Below are positions 45,050-54,389 of a stretch of DNA of 57,198 nucleotides, piece by piece. A program made the translations under genes and the position numbers. This stretch comes from an uncultured archaeon. GTDB taxonomy: Archaea > Aenigmatarchaeota > Aenigmatarchaeia > PWEA01 > JAGHBM01. Numbering within the stretch: the stretch's first letter is position 1; each line of letters opens with the position of its first letter. The stretch lies in assembly GCA_964640225.1 (NCBI GenBank), contig CAZXFI010000002.1, positions 1 to 57,198 of the forward strand, in the 5' to 3' direction. The notes below the pieces were generated by a model that did not search any database, was not told where the DNA came from, and saw nothing but the letters and a program-made list of their open reading frames with translations.

Positions 45050-46056
45050 CTTCTTAGCAAGTTTCCCAAGATCGTCTGGTAAGCCTCGCAAGGAGTCCAA
45101 CACCCCGGACATTTGTTTTTCTCAACAAGTTTTCTGGTTTCATCCGATTTCTCCGAGTTCCATATCTTCTTCAGGTCATAGCCGGCATTCCTGATGTTGC
45201 CGAGCTTTTTGTTGAAAATCGTGCAGGGGTAAACGTTTCCTTCAGGGTCCATGTAACAGGAGGAAGACAGGGCCTTGCAGGGCAGAGGGGAAATCCCTGA
45301 CTTGAGATAACTATCCACGTTTTTCAGGTAACTCCTTTCAAGAAAGGATACGGGACCGAGGCCTTTTTTTGCTTTCATAAATTCCTCTATTTCTTCCCCG
45401 AATTTTTTCCTGTAGCCGCCGGGCGCACACCCTTTGTTGTTGAAGTAAACCTCGGACTCGTGGTAGAAGTTTACGTGAAAGTCGCTCATCTTCAGTCCAG
45501 GGACTGGTTTTTTCAATTCCTCAAAGGTTTCGCTGAGCTTTCCCGTGTTGTAAGGGGAAATCGTGTAGCCTATGTAGGTTTCCAGTCCCATTTTCCTTGC
45601 CCGGGCGAAAGTATTGGAGGCTTTGTCCCAGCATTTTACGCCCCTTACTTTGTCGTGCAGTTCCCGGGGGCCGTCTACGCTTACTGTGAGGATGAACCTG
45701 GGAACGCTTTTCTCCAGCTCCTTGCAGTCACTCAGGATTTTTTCGGTAAGAATTCCGTTCGTGGTTATGTTAAGCAGGTAAGTCCCTTTCATTGATTTCG
45801 CTATATCAACCAGGTCTTTTCTAAGGAAAACTTCCCCTCCCGTGAGGTTCACCCAGGGAAAAACGTTTTTGCTGAAAAATTCTTTTACTTCCTCTGTTGA
45901 GAGCTCGCTACCGGATTTTCTTTTCCATATGCCGCACGTCCTGCACCTTGAATTGCACCTGTAAGTCAGGGCAAAGGTCAGCTTGTACGGGCTTTTCAGC
46001 GTAATGAAATTTGAGGCAAGTGCCTTTGATGCCAGCGTTAAAGCTTCCTTAATCAT
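45046..46056 (-). CDS. Radical SAM/SPASM-Twitch domain enzyme
   Basis: CNSRCRTC, TGGEVFLR, SVDG. C-terminal C-x7-...GNVYPC...CPGCWTPC. Confidence 0.9.
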   Translation of the reverse strand: MIKEALTLASKALASNFITLKSPYKLTFALTYRCNSRCRTCGIWKRKSGSELSTEEVKEFFSKNVFPWVNLTGGEVFLRKDLVDIAKSMKGTYLLNITTNGILTEKILSDCKELEKSVPRFILTVSVDGPRELHDKVRGVKCWDKASNTFARARKMGLETYIGYTISPYNTGKLSETFEELKKPVPGLKMSDFHVNFYHESEVYFNNKGCAPGGYRKKFGEEIEEFMKAKKGLGPVSFLERSYLKNVDSYLKSGISPLPCKALSSSCYMDPEGNVYPCTIFNKKLGNIRNAGYDLKKIWNSEKSDETRKLVEKNKCPGCWTPCEAYQTILGNLLRR

Positions 46057-46756
46057 TTAAAAAACCCAGTCTTATTTTCAGGGCGGTCATAAAAAATTCC
46101 AGTATATCTTCCCTGGAAAGCTTGCTGTTTCCCATGCTCCTGTTGTAGAATACTATGGGTATGGAGCCTACAATAAAACCGCTGGAAATACATCTGGCCA
46201 TAATCTCCAGCTGGAATGCGTAGCCGCTTGATTTTATTTTATCCAAATTAACGGATTTTAGAACTTCTTTCCTGTAGGCCCTATAGCCCGTTGTGAGGTC
46301 TTTTATTTTAATACCGGCAAGATTTCTTCCTATAAAATTTCCACAGAAGGAAACTGATTTTCTGTACCAATTCCAGCCAACAATCTCCTCCCTGGCTCCT
46401 ATAACAACGTCAAATCCTTCCATAATTTTCCTGATGAAATATGGTATGTATGAAGGGTCGTGTGACAAGTCTGCATCCATTTCAAATATCACATCCTTCC
46501 CGTCTTTCAGGGATTCCTTGAAGCCTTTTATATACGCCGAGCCCAGGCCCATTTTTCTTTCTCTTCTCACGACCTTAACACTGTATTTTTTCAACTCTTC
46601 CAAAAAATCGGCCGTGCCATCCGGCGAGTTGTCATCAACAACCAGGACATCCCCTCTTATACCATGACTCTTGAATGTGTTGAAAATTTTTGGAATAAGG
46701 ATTTTGATGTTTTCGATTTCATTGTAAGTAGGCAAAATAATTCTTGTTTCCATCAA
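46049..46756 (-). CDS. GT2 polyprenol-phosphate sugar synthase (Dpm1-like)
   Basis: LPTYNE, VDDNSPDGT, GLGSAY, MDADLSH, TTGYRAY. Confidence 0.92.
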   Translation of the reverse strand: MMETRIILPTYNEIENIKILIPKIFNTFKSHGIRGDVLVVDDNSPDGTADFLEELKKYSVKVVRRERKMGLGSAYIKGFKESLKDGKDVIFEMDADLSHDPSYIPYFIRKIMEGFDVVIGAREEIVGWNWYRKSVSFCGNFIGRNLAGIKIKDLTTGYRAYRKEVLKSVNLDKIKSSGYAFQLEIMARCISSGFIVGSIPIVFYNRSMGNSKLSREDILEFFMTALKIRLGFLND

Positions 46757-46757
46757 A

Positions 46758-47423
46758 TCATCTTCCGAAAAGTTCGCATATGATTGTCTTAAGTATGTTC
46801 CACCCGTCCCTGAAGCTTCTCAGGTTCCCTTTCCCGTATTTTCTTGCCTTTTCAAAGCTGGGAACTTCCAGGACCTTCAGCTCCCCTTTGGCGGCCTTTA
46901 TGGAAATCTCGGTCTCTATGCCGAACCCGTCCCTTTTCAGTTCCAGCTTTCTTACGGCGGATTTCCTGAAGGCCCTGTAGCCGTAGCAGAGGTCTGAGTA
47001 TTTCTTGTGCCAGAACAGGTTTACAATGGACACGAAGAACTTGTTGCCGAGTTTCCGGAAGATTGGCATGTCCTCGGTCCCCCCTCCCTGTATGAAGCGG
47101 GAGCCCATGCAAACGTCGTAGCCGGCCTCTATGCCCGCCTTGAGAAGCAGGATTTCCCTGGGTATCATGGAGCAGTCCGCGTCCATGTTTATGACAACAT
47201 CCCCTTTGGCGGCTTTCATACCGGCTCTCAGTGCCGAGCCCTTGCCTTTCCTGTCGTAAAGTATCCTGCAACCAAACTTTCTGGCTATTTTCACGGTCCC
47301 GTCCCCCGAATAACCGTCCACAACCACTATCTCGCTCACGCATTTCATTTCTTTCAGTTCCTTGAGGACTATGGGCAGGTTTTTCTCCTCGTTCAGGGTG
47401 GGAATCACGACCGAAACTTTCAT
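46758..47423 (-). CDS. GT2 glycosyltransferase (Dpm1-like)
   Basis: IPTLNEE, VDGYSGDGT, GKGSA, MDADCS, GSRF. Confidence 0.9.
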   Translation of the reverse strand: MKVSVVIPTLNEEKNLPIVLKELKEMKCVSEIVVVDGYSGDGTVKIARKFGCRILYDRKGKGSALRAGMKAAKGDVVINMDADCSMIPREILLLKAGIEAGYDVCMGSRFIQGGGTEDMPIFRKLGNKFFVSIVNLFWHKKYSDLCYGYRAFRKSAVRKLELKRDGFGIETEISIKAAKGELKVLEVPSFEKARKYGKGNLRSFRDGWNILKTIICELFGR

Positions 47424-48214
47424 TTTTTCTCACTCCGTTTCAGGTAGATAAATATTGACAGGAGGGCAATAAATAGCGTCGCCAGAATCCATATAACACC
47501 GAATCCTTCCTTTGCCTCTAATATCCTTACCGTGCCCCTGGCATAAGAGGCGTGGTGTTTTCCGGAATCATATTCCAGGGAGGCCAGAACGGAATAGGTG
47601 CTTCCCACCAGGGCATTCTGTGGCTCCATAACGTACTTTATTTCCCTTTCCTCAAAAGGGCCCAGCGCAACCGTTTTTTCGCTGTCGTCTACTTTTATCT
47701 CGTCGGGAAGGTAAACCATGACTTTCACCTCCTTTGAATCCCCCTCAAGGTTTTTTATTTTCAGCTTCGCTTCCCCGGTTCCGGATTGGGGAACCTCAGC
47801 CGTTCCCATGCTGCCCGAGACGCCTGTCCCGTAATCCGCCACATTTTTAGTAAAATACCCGGCAACAACGGAAAAGGGGTGCCCGTTGGCATCGTGGTAC
47901 GTTGTTCTTATGACCAGGGGATACAGCCCTTCGGCCAGGCTGCCCTTTGAGGAAAAATTAAAGAAGCCGTACATTGATTCTCCCGGAGACAGCCTGTCCG
48001 CTTCCATTTTTCCCGAATATTCAAAATACGCTGAGGGTTCGGGCACGGCCTCAGCTTTGTAGGCCGACTCGTCGCCTTTCTGCTCCACGAAAACCCTGAA
48101 TTCCCCCTCGCCCCCGTAAAGGGTTCCTCCCGACACGGTGGTTGCCATGGTTATGTATTTTGCGGCCGCGGCCGGAATCAAGAGAAGAAAAACCAAAACC
48201 AAGACAGCCTTCAT
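47420..48214 (-). CDS. Secreted, C-terminally membrane-anchored protein with two predicted Ig-like domains
   Basis: Signal peptide ending AAAA-K, beta-rich body, C-terminal TM helix plus basic tail. ATGA-coupled to the GT2 gene. Confidence 0.7.
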   Translation of the reverse strand: MKAVLVLVFLLLIPAAAAKYITMATTVSGGTLYGGEGEFRVFVEQKGDESAYKAEAVPEPSAYFEYSGKMEADRLSPGESMYGFFNFSSKGSLAEGLYPLVIRTTYHDANGHPFSVVAGYFTKNVADYGTGVSGSMGTAEVPQSGTGEAKLKIKNLEGDSKEVKVMVYLPDEIKVDDSEKTVALGPFEEREIKYVMEPQNALVGSTYSVLASLEYDSGKHHASYARGTVRILEAKEGFGVIWILATLFIALLSIFIYLKRSEKK

Positions 48215-48245
48215 AACAAATCTTTATTCCCCATCAATATAAATT

Positions 48246-49157
48246 TCATTTCTTAAGAAGGACGACTCTGCTGTGCCTGCTCTCGTCTTTTACGGAATAG
48301 CCGCAACTTTCCTCTATTTTCCTTGAAAACTCCCTTATCTCGGGGTGAAGGGGCATGGCCTCGTAAGGAAGCCTGTTCCTGGAGAAGCCAACGCTCATAA
48401 AGCTTTTCACTTCAAGAAAATCGGGCTCATACTTGTCCACGAGCTTTGCGTAAAGCTCGGGTTTGACAAAGTTCAGGCCCTTGACAAGGGTAAGTCTGAC
48501 CACGGTGTTGCATGAAAAATTCTTCAAAAGTTCAAGACTTTTCATTATTCTATTCCAGCAGTCCTCAATGGGCACGCAGGTCTTGCGGTAGGTTTCCCTG
48601 TCCGGGGCGGGAAGGGTTACGTAAAGGTTCGTGGGTTCTTCCAGTTTCTCCAAGGCCTGAGGGTTCGTGCCATTTGTTACCAGAAATACGGAAAATTTCC
48701 TTTTCCTGAAAGCCTGCACAAGCTCCGATATTTTGGGGTATTCGGTTGGCTCTCCTGCCAGGGATATCGCTGCCTGGTTGGGATTCCATGCCTCCCTTAC
48801 CTTTTTTTTATCCGCCTTCTCGTTTCCCCTGAAGCCGGACAGGAGCTCCCTCTGCGCCTCTATGCTCTCTTCTATTATGTCATCGGGCTCGTCCGCAGTC
48901 CCCTCCCACTTGGGATAGGTGATGCTCGTGTCGCGCCAGCAGAATCTGCACCTGTGCTTGCAGAAAGGCACGGCCGGGCTCATCTGCAGGCAGCGGTGGG
49001 TTTGTATCCCGTAAAACTTCTGCTTGTAACAAATCCCGTCCCCTACCAAGGATTTTCTGGTCCAGGAGCAGGTCTTCACCGCGCTATGTTTATGCGCGCC
49101 AGCAAACCTGTAGCCGATTTTCTCCAGTCTTTCTACGTCCTTTTCAGAAATAATCAT
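48246..49157 (-). CDS. taw1: 4-demethylwyosine synthase (radical SAM, archaeal TYW1)
   Basis: HSAVKTCSWT, CYKQKFYGI..HRCLQMSP, CKHRCRFCWR, SLAGEPT, NGTNP. Confidence 0.93.
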   Translation of the reverse strand: MIISEKDVERLEKIGYRFAGAHKHSAVKTCSWTRKSLVGDGICYKQKFYGIQTHRCLQMSPAVPFCKHRCRFCWRDTSITYPKWEGTADEPDDIIEESIEAQRELLSGFRGNEKADKKKVREAWNPNQAAISLAGEPTEYPKISELVQAFRKRKFSVFLVTNGTNPQALEKLEEPTNLYVTLPAPDRETYRKTCVPIEDCWNRIMKSLELLKNFSCNTVVRLTLVKGLNFVKPELYAKLVDKYEPDFLEVKSFMSVGFSRNRLPYEAMPLHPEIREFSRKIEESCGYSVKDESRHSRVVLLKK

Positions 49158-49349
49158 AAAATTAATAAAAAAGGCAGGTTTAAAAGCTTTTAAAGCATGT
49201 CACATCTTTAAAGTGGTTAAAATAGAAAGATTTAAATACTTTTAGGTAGTAACATATTGTATTGCAACTTTCGTTGCAAATATCTGGAACCTTGTTTCAG
49301 ATATACCCAAACACCACACCCGAGAGGCATTTTTGCCGATGACCCATAA

Positions 49350-50273
49350 TTACCCCAGTTCTATTTCCTTCAGGTCGTGGGAAGCTTCCGTTTTCGGAAA
49401 AAATTTTCTTGCCTCCTTTTGCAACGCTTTTATGTTCCTGTATCTTCTGGAAAAATGCGTAATAACGAGCCTCTTAACGCCGGCCTCTTTGGCTATTCTG
49501 GCGGCCTCCGTCACACTTGTGTGCCTTCTTTTTAAATATTCTTTCTTTTCAGAAATCTCGTCTTCCATGAAGGTCCCGTCATGTATGAGCAGGTCGGCAT
49601 TCCTGGCCAGGCTTTCCAGGCCTTTGCACGGTGCGGTATCCCCGGAATAAACTATTTTTTTGCCGGGAGTCCTGACGGCCAAGTCCCTTATTCCCACGGT
49701 CTTCCCGCCGTGTCTTATTTTTCCCTTTTTCTTCAGCTCCTCCAGAACGGGCCCCTCCTCAAGCCCCAGTTTTCTGGCCTTTTTCATGTCTATGTTCCAT
49801 CTGTCTTTCTCCTCCAGGCAGTATGCCACTGCAGGAACCGAGTGCTTCACGGGCACGGAGAGTATCTTGTAGTCTTCGTTCTCAAAAATTTTTGATATGT
49901 CCTTTCCCTCAAAATTCACGTCAACGGCTTCCAGCTCAAAGCCGAAATCCCAGTAGCTCAGCTCCGAGAAGGCGTCTATAAAGCGCGAGGCCTCTGGTCC
50001 GTAAACGGCAAGCGGTTTTTTCCTGTTCTCCAGGTTTAGGGTTTCTATCAGGCCTATAAGCCCCGCAAAATGGTCCGCGTGCCAGTGGGTTATGAAAATC
50101 CGGCTTATTTTCATAAAGTGCAAAGACGCCTCCATCATCCTGACCTGGGTCCCCTCGCCGCAGTCCCAGAGCATCGTTTCCCCGTTGTAGTCTATGAATA
50201 TGGATGGATGACCCCTTTCGGGAGTGGGTATACTGGAACCGGAACCGAGAAAAACAAGCTTTATTTTTGTCAT
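49350..50273 (-). CDS. rnz: Ribonuclease Z
   Basis: LGSGSSIP, DCGEGTQ, THWHADH, exosite with GP motif, SGDT, HDGT, HTS, THFS.RY. Confidence 0.95.
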   Translation of the reverse strand: MTKIKLVFLGSGSSIPTPERGHPSIFIDYNGETMLWDCGEGTQVRMMEASLHFMKISRIFITHWHADHFAGLIGLIETLNLENRKKPLAVYGPEASRFIDAFSELSYWDFGFELEAVDVNFEGKDISKIFENEDYKILSVPVKHSVPAVAYCLEEKDRWNIDMKKARKLGLEEGPVLEELKKKGKIRHGGKTVGIRDLAVRTPGKKIVYSGDTAPCKGLESLARNADLLIHDGTFMEDEISEKKEYLKRRHTSVTEAARIAKEAGVKRLVITHFSRRYRNIKALQKEARKFFPKTEASHDLKEIELG

Positions 50274-50311
50274 GATTTTAATTTAATAAAGAGTATATTT
50301 AAGTGAGTGTT

Positions 50312-52051
50312 ATGAAGTTCAGGAAAGTCTACCTGCTTTTTTCAATACTGCTTCTTTACAGCGTGATTATGGCGGTCAGCCTTCCCGAAACCGAGAAAAT
50401 CCACACGGAGACCGAGCCGCTCGGCGAAAAGCAGGTCATTGCTCTTTATGCCTACCACGTGCTAGACAGCAAGTTCGGACTAAATTCCACTTATGAAAGG
50501 GGTATCGCAGACAGGGATTTTGATATGATGTTCCTGACAATAATGCACAACAACTCCATAAAGTGCTGCATGAGCGGAACCGGCAGCAATTTTTCCCTCT
50601 ACACAGAGGAGGCCGTGGAAAACTGCATAAACGACGAGAGGTTTGGAGGGATTCTGAAAAAAGAGGAAACAGGCAACGCTGAGCTTGTGTTCAATTTTCT
50701 TTCAAACAGGACGCGCATAAACGGGACGCTCAAAAATCTGGAGAAGGAGATAGAATTGGGAATACATGGCATAGAGGTTGAAAAGGAGGGAAAAAGAGCT
50801 TTTTTCAAGGAATCCGTTCCCATAACCAAGAATTACGACCTGGAAAAAACCATGGAGAGGCTCTGCCAGAAGGCGGGGCTTGACTCTGCCTGCTACGAAG
50901 ACCCGCAGACGGAGATTTACAGGTACGACACGGAGACCTTCAAGAGTGACAGGGAAAGCGTGGAAGACCTCTACAGGTACAACGTTCTTATGGAAACGGA
51001 TGATATAGACAATGAAATGCTTTATGAAAGGGTTTCAATGGCTAGGTCCTGGTTCCTGAAAAACATCAACAACGGCACCGGAATCCTGGAATACGTTTAC
51101 TACCCCAGCCTGGATGAATACTCGCCTGACAACAACCACGTCAGGCAGCTTGCCACGCTTTGGGCGATGAGCAAGGCCAGTAACTTCCTCAACGACACCG
51201 CCCTCAACCGGGTTGCGGAAAACACGCTTGATTTTTACCTTGGTTACAGGGTATGTAGGGAAGACTATTGCTATTTGGAAATAGAGAACAGGTCCAAGCT
51301 GGCATACAGCGCATTCCTTATTCTTGCCCTGATAAACAACCCGGATTACCCTGAGAGCAAGGAGCTGCAGGAATCCTTTGCAAGGGGAATCCTTTCCCTG
51401 CAGAACGGAGACGGCTCCTTCAGAACTTATTTTCTTTCAAATTCCACCAGCGGAACGGATTATTACCCCGGTGAGGCCATGCTTTCACTCATGACGCTTT
51501 ACCGGAACACGGGGAAAACCGCGTACCTTGACTCCGTTATAAAGGCTTTTCCTTATTACAGGGATTACTGGAGAGGGAACAAGAACACTGCCTTTGTTCC
51601 GTGGCATTCGCAAACCTACCTGCTCCTGTACAATGAGACCGAAAACCCGGAAGTAGCTGATTTCGTGTTTGAGATGAATGACTGGCTGATTCTAAACTAC
51701 CAGATAAGGGAGAGCGAATACGCGGACGAGATAGGGGGTTTTCCGAAAGGCAAACCCAGGAATTCCGCCTCCTCTTATCTTGAGGGGATAAACGACGCCT
51801 ACGTTCTTGCAAAAATACTAGGAGACGGATACCATTCGCAAAAATACGGGGATTCCGTTAGGGAGGGAACGCGCTTCATACTTCTCACGCAGTACACGAA
51901 GGACAACGCCTTCTACATAAGCAACCAGGAGCGCGCAATCGGGGGCTTCAGGCACTCCCTTGAAAGGAACGACCAGAGGAACGATTACACACAGCACGCA
52001 GTGATGGCTCTCATGAAGGCTTATAAAAACGGAATTTTCAACGCGAGGTGA
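50312..52051 (+). CDS. Membrane-anchored exported protein: AMMECR1-like domain plus C-terminal alpha/alpha-barrel
   Basis: N-terminal TM. GIHGIEV...AFFKESVP...LCQKAGL resembles the AMMECR1 C-terminus. Helical repeats YYPGEAMLSL and GGFRHS...DYTQHA suggest a toroid. Confidence 0.6.
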   Translation: MKFRKVYLLFSILLLYSVIMAVSLPETEKIHTETEPLGEKQVIALYAYHVLDSKFGLNSTYERGIADRDFDMMFLTIMHNNSIKCCMSGTGSNFSLYTEEAVENCINDERFGGILKKEETGNAELVFNFLSNRTRINGTLKNLEKEIELGIHGIEVEKEGKRAFFKESVPITKNYDLEKTMERLCQKAGLDSACYEDPQTEIYRYDTETFKSDRESVEDLYRYNVLMETDDIDNEMLYERVSMARSWFLKNINNGTGILEYVYYPSLDEYSPDNNHVRQLATLWAMSKASNFLNDTALNRVAENTLDFYLGYRVCREDYCYLEIENRSKLAYSAFLILALINNPDYPESKELQESFARGILSLQNGDGSFRTYFLSNSTSGTDYYPGEAMLSLMTLYRNTGKTAYLDSVIKAFPYYRDYWRGNKNTAFVPWHSQTYLLLYNETENPEVADFVFEMNDWLILNYQIRESEYADEIGGFPKGKPRNSASSYLEGINDAYVLAKILGDGYHSQKYGDSVREGTRFILLTQYTKDNAFYISNQERAIGGFRHSLERNDQRNDYTQHAVMALMKAYKNGIFNAR

Positions 52052-52055
52052 TTGT

Positions 52056-52544
52056 TTGTCTAAGAAGCTGGTGGTTTTTTATTCGTTTGAGGGAAACACC
52101 AAGTTTGTGGCCGAGGCCATAGCAAGGTCCGCCGGATGCGATTTGTTGGAGCTAAAACCCGAGAAAGAAATAAAAACAAGGGGTTTCATGAAATATTTCT
52201 GGGGAGGCCGGCAGGTAATAATGAAGAAAAAACCGAAACTCCTTCCGCTCGGCAAGAAACCGGAGGGCTACGACCTGCTTTTCATAGGCACTCCCGTGTG
52301 GGCGTCCAACTTTGCGCCTGCCTTGAGGACTTTCCTGTCCGAAAACAGACTCAAAGGCAAGAAAATAGCGCTTTTCTGCTGCTACGGAGGCAGCCCGGGA
52401 GAAGCGCTGGAAAACATGAAGAAAGAGCTTGCCGGTAATTCCATAATAGGGGAAATCGGCTTCAAGGAGCCAAAAAACAGCGGGGAAAGCAGGAAAAAAG
52501 CCGAAGAATGGGCCAGAAAGATGATTTCCGGGGCAGGTTTATGA
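52056..52544 (+). CDS. Flavodoxin
   Basis: FYSFEGNT phosphate loop, GTPVW, FCCYGG. Confidence 0.9.
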   Translation: MSKKLVVFYSFEGNTKFVAEAIARSAGCDLLELKPEKEIKTRGFMKYFWGGRQVIMKKKPKLLPLGKKPEGYDLLFIGTPVWASNFAPALRTFLSENRLKGKKIALFCCYGGSPGEALENMKKELAGNSIIGEIGFKEPKNSGESRKKAEEWARKMISGAGL

Positions 52545-53071
52545 TTCTCACAAAGGAAGACTCGGGCAGGATAAAAGGGCTAATGCTGGAAGGCCTGGTG
52601 TTTATATACCCAACGGACACAATTTACGGCCTGGGCTGCGACGCCACCAGCGAGAAGTCCGTGAAGAGGATTAGGGACATGAAAAAACGCGAAAAAAAGC
52701 CCTTTTCCGTGATAGCCCCCTCAAAAAAATGGATTCTGGAGAACTGTTTTGCGGAAAAAGAGGACCTTGTAAAACTGCCAGGCCCTTATACGCTTGTACT
52801 TAAACTCAAGAGAAAATGCGTGGCATCAGGTGTGAACCCGGGATTGGAGACACTAGGCGTGCGCATCCCCGACCACTGGTTTTCAAAGACCGTGGGGGAG
52901 GCCGGAATCCCTGTGGTAACCACTTCCGTCAACGTTTCCAGCCAAAAATTCATGACATCAATTGACAACATTGACGTTAAAATAAGAAAATTAGTGGACT
53001 TCATTGTTTATGAGGGCCCCTTGCGCGGTAGCCCTTCGGAAATAATTAACCTGACCGCAAAAACGCACTAG
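52541..53071 (+). CDS. tsaC: Threonylcarbamoyl-AMP synthase (YrdC-only, no Sua5 C-terminal domain)
   Basis: ATG at 52541. YPTDTIYGLGC, KKR..KPF, PGPYT, GVRIP, TTSVN.S. Confidence 0.9.
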   Translation: MILTKEDSGRIKGLMLEGLVFIYPTDTIYGLGCDATSEKSVKRIRDMKKREKKPFSVIAPSKKWILENCFAEKEDLVKLPGPYTLVLKLKRKCVASGVNPGLETLGVRIPDHWFSKTVGEAGIPVVTTSVNVSSQKFMTSIDNIDVKIRKLVDFIVYEGPLRGSPSEIINLTAKTH

Positions 53072-54357
53072 GGCTTGTACCTTTTCGCCGTTCTGGGAAA
53101 GGGGATGGCGTCCCTTATGTGATCCAGCTTGCAAATCCACTGGATTACTCGCTCAGTTCCCAATCCGAACCCGGAGTGGGGAACGCTCCCGTAGCGCCTT
53201 GTTTCCAGGTAAAAATCATAATCCTTAACGTCTTCCCCTTTGCTTTTTAGGGATTTTTTAAGTTCCTCTGTGTCCAGGTCGCGCTCCGAACCCCCTACTA
53301 TCTCTATCCCCAGTTCCGGGCACAGGATGTCATAGCACCTTGCGGTTTTCGGGTTTTCCGGGTCTTTGGGCTTGTAGAAGGCCATTATATCCTTGGGGTA
53401 GTGAGTAACAATCAGGGGTTTTTTGTAGTGGGTCATGAGCTGCTTTTCTTCCAGGGTTCTCAGGTCCTTGCCCCATTTCACGTCTATGCCATCCTTCTTC
53501 AGGATTTTCAGGGCTTCTGTGTACGTTATTCTGGGAAAAGGGGGTTTTATTGTCAGGAGCTCTTTGGGATCCCTTCCCAAAACCTCCAGCTCCTTCTTAC
53601 ATTCCTTGGCGACCTTAAGGCATACGTGCGAAATCAGGTCCTCGCTAATCTTTATGCAACAGTCCAGATCGCACCAGGCCATTTCCGCCTCAGTCATCCA
53701 GAACTCGGTTAGGTGCCTGCTTGTCCTGCTTTTTTCGGCGCGGAACGTTGGCGCTATCGTGAAGATTTTTTCCAATCCGAACAGGATGGACTCGGCATAA
53801 AGCTGCCAAGTCTGCGAGAGAAAAGCCTTTTCTTTGTAGTATTTGACTTCAAACAGGGTCGGGCCCTCCTCTGCGCCTCCGGGTATTAGTATAGGGGAAT
53901 GCGTTTCGTAAAACCCTTCCCCACGGAAATATTCTCTTATTGCCTCAAAAACCTTTGACCTGACTTTCATTGCATTGGTGATTTTCTGGGATCTTACCCA
54001 TAGATGGCGCACATCCATCAGAAATTCCTCGCTAAGGTCGCGGCCTATGGGGAAAGTTTCTGCAAGGTGCACCACTTCCAATTCCTTGCCGGAGACCTCA
54101 AAGCCTCCCGGAGCCCGCTTGTCTTCCCTGACCTCGCCTTTTATTTTGATCGAGGACTCAATTGTCAAAGACTCGACTTTTTTGAAAACCTCATCCCCGA
54201 CTTCCTTTTTCTTGAAAGTGCACTGCACAATGCCGGATGAATCCCTGATTAAGGCGAAAACAACGTCTTTTGAAACCCTGTGCCTGTACACCCAGCCCCT
54301 TATATGGGCTTTTTTGGGCTTCTTTTCAAAGATATCTTCTATCTTGGTGAAGAGCAT
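53068..54357 (-). CDS. asnS: Asparagine--tRNA ligase
   Basis: OB fold IRGWVYR, LSQTWQLY, FRAEKSRTSRHLTEFWM, YGSVPHSGFGLGTER. Confidence 0.9.
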   Translation of the reverse strand: MLFTKIEDIFEKKPKKAHIRGWVYRHRVSKDVVFALIRDSSGIVQCTFKKKEVGDEVFKKVESLTIESSIKIKGEVREDKRAPGGFEVSGKELEVVHLAETFPIGRDLSEEFLMDVRHLWVRSQKITNAMKVRSKVFEAIREYFRGEGFYETHSPILIPGGAEEGPTLFEVKYYKEKAFLSQTWQLYAESILFGLEKIFTIAPTFRAEKSRTSRHLTEFWMTEAEMAWCDLDCCIKISEDLISHVCLKVAKECKKELEVLGRDPKELLTIKPPFPRITYTEALKILKKDGIDVKWGKDLRTLEEKQLMTHYKKPLIVTHYPKDIMAFYKPKDPENPKTARCYDILCPELGIEIVGGSERDLDTEELKKSLKSKGEDVKDYDFYLETRRYGSVPHSGFGLGTERVIQWICKLDHIRDAIPFPRTAKRYKP

Positions 54358-54389
54358 GCTTATATTTCAGGAGAAATAAATAAAAAACT

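Noticed and set aside
49300-49345. Fluoride (crcB) riboswitch suggested by GATGAC
   Set aside because: The 5' GGxGAUGG element and pseudoknot are absent, and there is no suitable downstream gene.
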